Source: Mucisphaera calidilacus | GTDB lineage: Bacteria > Planctomycetota > Phycisphaerae > Phycisphaerales > Phycisphaeraceae | NCBI RefSeq assembly: GCF_007748075.1 | Contig: NZ_CP036280.1 | Span: 840,001-872,000, forward strand | DNA: 32,000 nucleotides | Direction: 5' to 3' | In this document: piece by piece, positions 25,901-32,000 of the stretch | Numbering within the stretch: position 1 is the first letter of the stretch | Layout of the letters: each line of letters begins with the position of its first letter | Made by a program: the position numbers and the translations under genes | Notes under the pieces: model-generated | The model's database searches: none | What the model was told of the DNA's origin: nothing | What the model saw: the letters and a program-made list of their open reading frames with translations, nothing else

Positions 25901-27699
25901 AGGTCATCGAGTGGGACGAGGCGGGCAACCCCTCCCGGATGGTCGGCGTGCAGATGGACATCGACGCGCCCAAACGCGTCGACCTCGCGCTGCGCTCCGC
26001 CGTCGAAATGAACGTCACCGAATCGGAGCACGAGACCCTGACCGAACTATGCCGGTCGGTCGCCAACGTCTTCGACGTCGCCTTCGTCGGCGTCGCCAAG
26101 CAGATCTCTATCGAGGGCATCGATCACGCACGCCTGGTGGGCGGTTGGAGCCAGGACGGCGAGGTCAAGCCCTTCACCTACGCGCTCGACGGTACGCCCT
26201 GCGACCTCGTCTACCGCGAAGCATTCTGCATGCACGAGAGCGAGGTCACTGAACTCTACCCGCGTGACCGCATCCTCATCGACATGGGGGCCGAGAGCTA
26301 CGCCGGACTCCGCATCCACGACAGCCACGGCCGCCCCGTTGGCCTGATGATGCTCATCGACGACAAGCCGCTCAAGAACCGTCCCGATCTTCGTGCAACC
26401 CTCCAGCTCTTCGGCGCCCGCGCCGCCGCCGAGATCGAACGCTTCGGCATCGAGGAGAGCCTGCGGGCCGCCAAGGAAGCCGCCGAGTCGGCCAGCATCG
26501 CCAAGTCGGAGTTCCTCGCGAACATGTCCCACGAGATCCGCACGCCGATGACCGCGATCCTAGGCTACGCCGACCTGCTCGGAACCGACGAGCAGTACAC
26601 GCACGACCCCGAGCACGCCGCCGACGCCGTGCGCACCATCCAGAGCAACGCCCGTCACCTGCTCGCGATCATCAACGACATCCTCGACATGTCGAAGATC
26701 GAAGCGGGCAAGATGACCGTCGAGACGATCGGCGTCTCGCCCGCCGCCATCGCCGAGGAGGTCGCGTCGCTCATCGGGGCCCGCGCTCGCGGCAAGGGAC
26801 TCGACATGCGGGTGCAGTACGACACGCCCATCCCCCGGACCATCAGGACCGATCCCACCAGGCTGCGCCAGATCCTGCTCAACCTCGTGGGCAACGCCGT
26901 CAAGTTCACCGAGGTGGGCAGTGTGACGATCCGCCTGAGTCACGAGCCCGGAAGCGACACCATCGGCTTCCGCGTCGTCGACACCGGCATCGGCATGTCG
27001 CCCGAGCAGTGCGCCGTGGTCGCGAAGTTCGAGGCCTTCAATCAGGCCGACGGCTCGATGACCCGCAAGTTCGGCGGGACCGGACTGGGCCTGCGCATCT
27101 CCAGCTCGCTCACGCAGATCCTCGGCGGCGGGCTCAGCGTCGAGTCCGAACGCGACGTGGGATCCGCCTTCACCGTCACGATCCGGACCGGCGACCTTTC
27201 CGGCGTGCCCCTGATCGAGCCCGAGCAGATCACCGAAGCCATGGTCAAGGCATCACCCGACACGCCACCGGGCGAGGCCCGAGCCGCTTCGACCGGCGAC
27301 AGCCTCCTCGACGGCCGACGCATCCTCCTCGCCGAGGACGGGCCCGACAACCAGCGACTCATCAGCTTCCACCTCAAGAAGGCCGGGGCGCAGGTCGCCG
27401 TCGCCGACAACGGAAAGATCGCCTGCGAGAAGATCCTCGACGAGCGCGGCGGCTTCGACCTCATCATCATGGATATGCAGATGCCCGAACTCGACGGCTA
27501 CGGCGCCACGCGGAAGCTCCGCCAGGAGGGCTGCACCCTGCCCATCATCGCGCTCACGGCCCACGCCATGGACGGCGACCGCCAGCGATGCCTCGACGCC
27601 GGCTGCGACGACTACCTCACCAAGCCGATCGACAAGACACAACTCATCGAGACCTGCGACGCGTGGATCCGCAACCCCGGCCGACGCGCCGCGGCGTGA
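22972..27699 (+). CDS. Hybrid sensor histidine kinase/response regulator: TM, periplasmic Cache-like domain, TM, about 5 PAS modules, GAF, HisKA, HATPase_c, receiver
   Basis: 1575-aa ORF. The H-box is SEFLANMSHEIRTPMTAILGY (His codon 26530-26532). The N-box is QILLNLVGNAVKFT, with G-boxes DTGIGM and GGTGLGL. The receiver reads RILLAEDGPDNQRL...DLIIMDMQMPELDG (Asp codon 27472-27474). Repeated PAS-like blocks end in DIT/DVS motifs. The start is uncertain: TTG 22972, ATG 22990, or ATG 23047 just before the first TM, MQMVSIGAIVLGVVLMVLAA. Confidence 0.92.
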   Translation: MRSWLRMDPWHDDIAGKATGRRGRAMQMVSIGAIVLGVVLMVLAARQWRSEPTVYERSQAAAEILWEQGGGLIADVRRAIVPAIARAQIMRRSEPLAEAVASGDTRAIRDLCNTIMRHSTEIDSVAVLDPAGAMLAINSVHPDGTEIDEHRLDIIRRDDFALHPDMPHAHDVPPEHGALEFHTDCNVVRALYAGERLSISYSVPLHDDDGRHIATISTHMRARRVTDLLKRRIIAGGSGSIHLVTDRGEIFHEQVAASDTHSSLSREVIETAIWDMSEQNKDRALFNEGDQSFALVRLADLETADNHGIQAMVRVPNAWLMHESRQDHLLGLTSLLIEGLMLCTLGVIAVSYLRNAERGRRLEQLTRDYGRIAEVARRTHNGVVTLDDQGRIVWCNEGFARITKHQLADVQGRVFADLLCGPQTDPELAERMRKSLTRGESFEGDLRCNDADGQEIWLDIDVQPRGDRSGSPGGSMIVFSDITPLMQSRREALEAYNEIDSLRGALDQHSIISVTDAEGRITDVNSGFCRISGYKREELIGKNHRIINSGTHPKVFWEEMWKCVSSGQPWRRIVCNRRKDGSLYWVDSTVIPCTSADGTINKYVSIRFDITAQKKAEQVAEQVNAEIDAQRRELQTIIDSIPALIFYKDNQNRILHANQMVADSLGMRIEDVAGKRTEALYPSKDAAAYYRDDLEVLASRSPKLGIIERHEQKEGERRHIRTDKIPLRGPSGKLDRILVVATDITEIQQANEKLDRLARRLAVATEGAGVGIWDLNLANNELIWDRTMFRIYGVDEQEGPLDLESWKRRLLAEDLDDAVAKFEAAIRGDGQFETVFRIRTGEGEVRYVQASATVIRDEAGQPEHVIGVNWDVSRQYEAEYRLEQAMSASDIITYDWMMQNESASFISDNYYTLLGYEPGAFAITFEAWASRCHPDDRERVIREVRDYLADARGRSCTIECRLMTRSGESVWMRTVGEVIEWDEAGNPSRMVGVQMDIDAPKRVDLALRSAVEMNVTESEHETLTELCRSVANVFDVAFVGVAKQISIEGIDHARLVGGWSQDGEVKPFTYALDGTPCDLVYREAFCMHESEVTELYPRDRILIDMGAESYAGLRIHDSHGRPVGLMMLIDDKPLKNRPDLRATLQLFGARAAAEIERFGIEESLRAAKEAAESASIAKSEFLANMSHEIRTPMTAILGYADLLGTDEQYTHDPEHAADAVRTIQSNARHLLAIINDILDMSKIEAGKMTVETIGVSPAAIAEEVASLIGARARGKGLDMRVQYDTPIPRTIRTDPTRLRQILLNLVGNAVKFTEVGSVTIRLSHEPGSDTIGFRVVDTGIGMSPEQCAVVAKFEAFNQADGSMTRKFGGTGLGLRISSSLTQILGGGLSVESERDVGSAFTVTIRTGDLSGVPLIEPEQITEAMVKASPDTPPGEARAASTGDSLLDGRRILLAEDGPDNQRLISFHLKKAGAQVAVADNGKIACEKILDERGGFDLIIMDMQMPELDGYGATRKLRQEGCTLPIIALTAHAMDGDRQRCLDAGCDDYLTKPIDKTQLIETCDAWIRNPGRRAAA

Positions 27700-27752
27700 G
27701 TTGGCCCTCGGCGTGCGGTGTAGACTGCACACACCGGCCGTCGGAGTGAAGC

Positions 27753-28946
27753 ATGCCCCAGCGCGTCCTCGTCCTCTACCACTACTTCGCGCGTTACCGC
27801 AGCGCGATCATCCGTGAGCTCATCGAGCACGGAAAGCACCACTACACCTTCGCCGCGGACACCCACGACGAGGGCGCTGGCATCAAGCTCGCCGACGATA
27901 TCCCCGACGACCGCTTCGTTCGTGCACGCTGCCGATGGCTCGGCAAAATCATGCTCCAGCCCCGCGCGCTCTCACTCGCGCTCTTTGGCCGGTACGACAC
28001 CCTGATCCTCCTGGGCAACGCCCAGTGGCCCACCACCTGGCTCGCGACCCTGCTCGGCCGACTCACCGGCAAGCGCGTGCTCTACTGGACCCACGGCTGG
28101 CTCACCCACGAGCAGGGCCCCACACGCCTGATCCGCAACACCTTCTACGGCCTCGCCAACGCGCTGCTCGTCTACGGCCACCGCTCCAAGTGCATCGGCA
28201 TCGATGAGGGCTTCGACCCGGCGAAACTCCACGTCATCTACAACAGCCTCGATTACCCGCAGCAGCGCGACCTGCGCGAGCACCACGACGCCGAACGCGT
28301 CGCCGCTCGACGCAAGACCATCTTCGGCGACAACGACCACCCCGCGGTCATGACCGTCTGCCGACTCCAGCCCGCCAAGAAGCTCCATCAGCTCATCGAC
28401 GCCGCCGCCGCCTGCCGCCAGCAAGGCCGGCCCATCAGCCTGCTCTTCGTCGGCGACGGGCCCGAGCTCGAAGCCCTCAAGCGGCGAGCATCCGACAAGG
28501 GCGTCCATGCCCACTTCTTCGGTGCCTGCTACGAGGAACAGACCCTCGCCGAACTCCTCGCCGCCTCCGACCTCTGCGTCATGCCCGGACCCGCCGGACT
28601 CACCGTCATGCACGCCCTCGCCTACGGCACGCCCTTTATCACCAACGACCAACTCGACACCCAGATGCCCGAGTTCGAGGCCATCATCCCAGGCGTCAAC
28701 GGCGCGCTCTTCAAGAGCGACGACACCGACGACCTCGCCGCCAAGATCCTCGCCTGCACCGCAACACCCGAGCTGCGGTCCGAGGGGCGACGCGTCTCGG
28801 TTGCCATGATCGAACGCTTCTTCAACCCCGCCGTCCAACGCGAACTCATCGACCGTGCCGTCGACGGCCTGCCCGCCGACGACCTCTTCGCCGCCCGGCG
28901 CACACCACCCGTGACCTCAGGAGCCGACCCATGCTCAGCGCCCTGA
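27753..28946 (+). CDS. GT-B fold glycosyltransferase (GT4/GT1-like)
   Basis: 397 aa. The C-terminal half resembles GT4: VCRLQPAKKLHQLIDAAA...LLFVGDGPELEALKRRASDKGV...FFGACYEEQTLAELLAASDLCVMPG...ALAYGTPFITND...IIPGVNGALF. GGAG lies 7 nt before the ATG. Confidence 0.82.
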   Translation: MPQRVLVLYHYFARYRSAIIRELIEHGKHHYTFAADTHDEGAGIKLADDIPDDRFVRARCRWLGKIMLQPRALSLALFGRYDTLILLGNAQWPTTWLATLLGRLTGKRVLYWTHGWLTHEQGPTRLIRNTFYGLANALLVYGHRSKCIGIDEGFDPAKLHVIYNSLDYPQQRDLREHHDAERVAARRKTIFGDNDHPAVMTVCRLQPAKKLHQLIDAAAACRQQGRPISLLFVGDGPELEALKRRASDKGVHAHFFGACYEEQTLAELLAASDLCVMPGPAGLTVMHALAYGTPFITNDQLDTQMPEFEAIIPGVNGALFKSDDTDDLAAKILACTATPELRSEGRRVSVAMIERFFNPAVQRELIDRAVDGLPADDLFAARRTPPVTSGADPCSAP

Positions 28947-29506
28947 AAAAGAAACTCCGGGAGAACGAAGCCTTCTACCTCTGGCTCCGCTCCACACGCA
29001 TGGCCGTCCGACGCTGGCGCAAACGACTGCGCCACGTCCACCCCACCTTCTACTGCCCCGCCGACGCGATCGTCCTCCCCGACCTCCAGGCCGACGCCTA
29101 CAGCTACGTCGGCACGCAGTGCATCGTCGGCCCGCGCGTGCACCTCGGCCGCTACGTCATGCTCGGCCCACGCGTGATGATCGTGGGCGACGACCACGTC
29201 TTCGACCGCGCCGGCGTGCCCATCATCTTCGCCGGACGCCCGCCCGAGCTCCACGAGACGGTGATCGAGGACGACGCCTGGGTCGGCGCCGGCACGATCA
29301 TCATGGCCGGCGTGCGCATCGGCAGGGGAGCGATCGTCGCCGCCGGCGCCGTCGTCACCCGCGACGTCCCGCCCTTCGAGATCCACGCGGGCATCCCCGC
29401 GAAAAAGCTCAAAGACCGATTCGAACGCGACGAGGACCGGCAGGCCCACGAGCAACTGCTCGACGGTCCCGACTACGAAGGCCACTTCTGCCCCCCGATG
29501 GGCTGA
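28931..29506 (+). CDS. Hexapeptide-repeat (left-handed beta-helix) sugar O-acyl/acetyltransferase
   Basis: 191 aa. The sequence VIEDDAWVGAGTIIMAGVRIGRGAIVAAGAVVTRDVPPFEIHAGIPAKKL is typical of LbH acetyltransferases. AGGAG lies 7 nt upstream. The gene overlaps the glycosyltransferase by 16 nt. Confidence 0.85.
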   Translation: MLSALKKKLRENEAFYLWLRSTRMAVRRWRKRLRHVHPTFYCPADAIVLPDLQADAYSYVGTQCIVGPRVHLGRYVMLGPRVMIVGDDHVFDRAGVPIIFAGRPPELHETVIEDDAWVGAGTIIMAGVRIGRGAIVAAGAVVTRDVPPFEIHAGIPAKKLKDRFERDEDRQAHEQLLDGPDYEGHFCPPMG

Positions 29507-29532
29507 ATCTCAGGATTGAAAAAGCCGGACAA

Positions 29533-29606
29533 TGCACCCGAAAGGATTCGAACCTTTAACCTGCGGTTCCGTAGACCGCTGCTCTATCCAATTGAGCTAC
29601 GGGTGC
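29533..29606 (-). tRNA. tRNA-Arg (anticodon ACG)
   Basis: Folded by hand from the reverse complement (74 nt). Acceptor GCACCCG/CGGGTGC is perfect. D arm GCTC-AATTGGATA-GAGC. Anticodon arm GCGGT-CTACGGA-ACCGC. T arm AAAGG-TTCGAAT-CCTTT. Discriminator A. No encoded CCA. Confidence 0.92.
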
Positions 29607-29690
29607 ATCAACGCGGGCCCTCTGAGCCCGTCGGATCGCGGATTGTAAGCGATCCGCCGCGACTGTCCAGTCCACCGCTACGATAACGCC

Positions 29691-30548
29691 ATGACGACGG
29701 CACAGACACCAAAAAAACCCGGCGTTGCCGAACGCCTGGCCGCACTCGAACGGGCCATCCACGATCGCGGCTCCCTGCTCGTCGCCTTCAGCGGCGGGAT
29801 CGACTCCAGCCTCATCGCCGCCGTCGGGCGCAGGGTCCTCGGCCCCGACCACTGTCAGGCCGCCATCGGCGACTCGCTTTCCCTGCCCCGGCGGGAACTC
29901 GAGGCCGCCAGGTCGCTTGCCCAGCAGCTCGAGATCCGACTCACCGTCATCGAACCCACCGAACAGAACGACCCCAACTACCAGGCCAACGCGGGCGACC
30001 GCTGCTTCTACTGCAAGTCCAACCTCTACGAGCACCTCATCCCCCTCGCCGAGCAACTCGGGCTCGCCCACATCGCCAACGGCACCAATCTCGACGACCT
30101 CGGCGACCACCGACCCGGGCTACGGGCCGCCCGCGAGGCCAGCATCGTCTCCCCGCTCGTGGACGCCGGCCTCGACAAGCAGGACGTCCGCGACATCGCC
30201 CGACACCTCGGACTCCCCAACCACGACAAGCCCGCCTCCGCCTGCCTCGCCAGCCGCATCCCCTACGGCACCGAGGTCACCCCCGAGCGGCTCGCCCAGG
30301 TCGAACAGGCCGAGAACGCCCTCGCCGACCTCGGCTTCACCGGCTTCCGTGTCCGCCATCACGACACCATCGCCCGCATCGAACTGCCCATCGACCAACT
30401 GCCCCAGATCCTCGACGCCGAGCTCCGGGAACGGGTCTCAACCGCGCTCCACGACGCAGGTTTTACCTATATCGCCATCGACCTCGACGGCTTCCGCTCC
30501 GGATCGGGCAACATCCTCCTGACCCACAACGGCAACCGACTCGGCTGA
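29691..30548 (+). CDS. larE: LarE-family PP-loop ATP pyrophosphatase (ATP-dependent sulfur transferase)
   Basis: 285 aa. The PP-loop is LVAFSGGIDSSLIAAV. Also seen: DRCFYCKSNLY (CxxC), HIANGTNLDDLGDHRPG, SACLASRIPYG, and the family-typical FRVRHHDTIARIELP. Confidence 0.82.
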   Translation: MTTAQTPKKPGVAERLAALERAIHDRGSLLVAFSGGIDSSLIAAVGRRVLGPDHCQAAIGDSLSLPRRELEAARSLAQQLEIRLTVIEPTEQNDPNYQANAGDRCFYCKSNLYEHLIPLAEQLGLAHIANGTNLDDLGDHRPGLRAAREASIVSPLVDAGLDKQDVRDIARHLGLPNHDKPASACLASRIPYGTEVTPERLAQVEQAENALADLGFTGFRVRHHDTIARIELPIDQLPQILDAELRERVSTALHDAGFTYIAIDLDGFRSGSGNILLTHNGNRLG

Positions 30549-30676
30549 AACCCTCCATCCCGGACCGGATCGCGACGGCACGATTTTTCCTCCCAAAAAG
30601 CACTGTCTTGGTATGGCATAACCCCCGATGTCACCCTACGATAGAGTTTTGCAGCATCCTCAGGCGAGGGAATGAC

Positions 30677-31174
30677 TTGAAGCGGAAATGTGACAAGTGT
30701 GATCGCCCCGCCACCCACCACGCGATCGAGATCACCGGCGGACAGAAGATCGAGAAGCACCTCTGCGACCTCCACGCCGCCGAGGAGGGCATGTCGGTCA
30801 AGGCGATGAACGCCCCGATCAACGACCTGCTCACCAGCTTCGTCAAGCTCCAGCCCGAGGAAGACCAGGCCAACGCCGAAACCGTCTGCGAGGGCTGCGG
30901 CATGACCTTCTCCCAGTTCCGCGAGAAGCACCTGCTCGGCTGCCCCATGTGCTACGAGGCTTTCGAGCACCAGCTCTCACCCCTTCTCGAACGCGCCCAC
31001 GAGGGCGGCACCCACCACGTGGGCAAGGTCCCCCGCCGGGCCGGGGCCAGCGACAACCGACAACTCCAGCTCATCCGCATGCGCAAGCGGCTCGACGACG
31101 CCGTCGCCACCGAGGACTACGAGCTCGCCGCACGGCTCCGCGACGACATCCAGCAACTGGAAGACACCCACTGA
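30677..31174 (+). CDS. mcsA: McsA-like protein (Cys-rich zinc-finger region plus UVR motif), activator of the protein arginine kinase
   Basis: Motifs seen: KCDKCDRPATHHAIEITGGQKIEKHLCDLH, CEGCGMTFSQFREKHLLGCPMCYEAF, and the UVR-like RKRLDDAVATEDYELAARLRDDIQQLE. The start was taken as the TTG at 30677 behind GAGGG. The track ORF begins at an upstream TTG (30608). Confidence 0.8.
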   Translation: MKRKCDKCDRPATHHAIEITGGQKIEKHLCDLHAAEEGMSVKAMNAPINDLLTSFVKLQPEEDQANAETVCEGCGMTFSQFREKHLLGCPMCYEAFEHQLSPLLERAHEGGTHHVGKVPRRAGASDNRQLQLIRMRKRLDDAVATEDYELAARLRDDIQQLEDTH

Positions 31175-31176
31175 CC

Positions 31177-32000
31177 ATGAGTCTCAGCCAGATCCCCGAT
31201 CACGCCGGCGAGTGGCTACGCGGCACCGGTCCCCATGGCGAGGTCGTCATCTCCTCGCGCATCCGCTACGCGCGCAACCTCACCGGATTCCCCTTCGTCA
31301 ACCGGGCCAACCGCCGGCAGCAGCACGAGGTCATGCACCTGGTCAAGGACGAGATCCAGAAACGCAAGCTCGCCGATGACATCATCTGGGTCGATATGGC
31401 AGCGTCCCCCTCTCTCGACCGCCAGCTGCTCGTCGAACGACACCTCGTCTCACGCGACCTCGCCTCGGCGAAAAACGATGCGCCCCGAGGCGTCGTGATC
31501 GCTCCCGACGAGACCTTCGCCGTCATGATCAACGAGGAAGACCACATCCGGGCCCAGGTCCTCCGCTCGGGCATGCAGCTCTCCGAGGCCTTCGCTCAGA
31601 TCGAGCGCATCGACAACGCCCTCGAATCGGGGCTCGACTTCGCCTACGCCCAGCGCTTCGGCTACCTCACCGCCTGCCCGACCAACGTCGGCACCGGGCT
31701 TCGCGTCTCCGTCATGCTCCACCTGCCCGGTCTCAAGCTCACCGGCGAGATCGAGAAGGTCCGCCGCGCCGCACGCGACACCCACCAGGCCGTACGCGGG
31801 CTCTTCGGCGAGGGGTCCGAAGCCCTCGGCGACCTCTACCAGATCTCCAACCAGTCGACCCTCGGCAAGACCGAGAAGGAGATCGTCGCCGACTTCGAGC
31901 ACACCGTCGTCCCCACCATCATCGCCTACGAACAACAGGCCAGACAGGCACTGATCAAGCAGCGACCCGCTCAACTCGACGACAAGATCTACCGCGCCTG
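31177..32000 (+). CDS. mcsB: Protein arginine kinase McsB (partial; the 3' end runs off the window; not in the supplied ORF track)
   Basis: Hand translation from the ATG at 31177 is stop-free to the window end. It reads MSLSQIPDHAGEWLRGTGPHGEVVISSRIRYARNLTGFPF...INEEDHIRAQV...YLTACPTNVGTGLRVSVMLHLPGL, the guanidino (phosphagen) kinase active-site signature. It starts 2 nt after the mcsA stop. Confidence 0.9.
   Translation, partial: MSLSQIPDHAGEWLRGTGPHGEVVISSRIRYARNLTGFPFVNRANRRQQHEVMHLVKDEIQKRKLADDIIWVDMAASPSLDRQLLVERHLVSRDLASAKNDAPRGVVIAPDETFAVMINEEDHIRAQVLRSGMQLSEAFAQIERIDNALESGLDFAYAQRFGYLTACPTNVGTGLRVSVMLHLPGLKLTGEIEKVRRAARDTHQAVRGLFGEGSEALGDLYQISNQSTLGKTEKEIVADFEHTVVPTIIAYEQQARQALIKQRPAQLDDKIYRA

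Noticed and set aside
20160-29606. The block bracketed by two tRNA-Arg genes, considered as a genomic island
   Set aside because: There is no integrase, no transposase, and no direct repeat of a tRNA 3' end that I could find. Base composition and codon usage match the rest of the window. The tRNA flanking looks coincidental.
29633-29655. 7-bp hairpin GGATCGC-n9-GCGATCC between tRNA-Arg(ACG) and larE
   Set aside because: No T-tract follows it and it matches no known motif. It could simply be part of the divergent promoter region, and there is not enough evidence to call a feature.
1-32000. Looked for a CRISPR array, IS elements or inverted terminal repeats, toxin-antitoxin pairs, restriction-modification genes, known defence genes, prophage genes, and rRNA, tmRNA, RNase P or SRP RNA signatures
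   Set aside because: None were recognised by eye. The window is dominated by housekeeping and sensory genes, so I do not claim a novel defence or mobile system here.

Overview
High-GC (about 65% by eye), gene-dense bacterial chromosomal segment. I can support 23 protein-coding genes, 2 tRNA-Arg genes and 3 intrinsic terminators. No CRISPR array, IS element, integrase or phage gene was seen. The gene content (sigma-54, McsA/McsB, secreted proteins with dockerin-like and PEP-CTERM-like tails, a PilJ-type MCP, Gly-rich extensions on housekeeping proteins) suggests a Planctomycetota/Phycisphaerae-like organism. That is inference only, since no search was possible.

Most of the window is housekeeping: rpoN, recR, purQ, rpsA, aroC, an S41 protease, clpX, tig and panE. 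It includes a long co-directional minus-strand array from 16817 down to 8764.

Two real genes at the window edges are absent from the supplied ORF track because they have no stop or no start inside the window. One is a secreted pentapeptide-repeat protein (1-1264, minus). The other is the protein arginine kinase mcsB (31177-32000, plus). The track reports the longest ATG/GTG/TTG extension, so several starts were trimmed using Shine-Dalgarno (SD) context. The many long ORFs opposite real genes are GC3-driven antisense artefacts.

I do not see a convincing new multi-gene system such as a defence island. The most unusual pieces are:
- a 1575-aa hybrid sensor kinase packed with a glycosyltransferase and an acetyltransferase (22972-29506), divergent from a Cache-HAMP-PP2C phosphatase across a 539-bp non-coding spacer;
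- tig and clpX with no clpP between them, a tiny SHOCT-like membrane protein taking its place;
- a stand-alone three-cysteine LarE-type PP-loop enzyme next to tRNA-Arg and mcsA-mcsB;
- a sharp roughly 45% GC trough inside the pentapeptide-repeat gene.

All functional calls come from motif recognition by eye and need HMM/BLAST confirmation.
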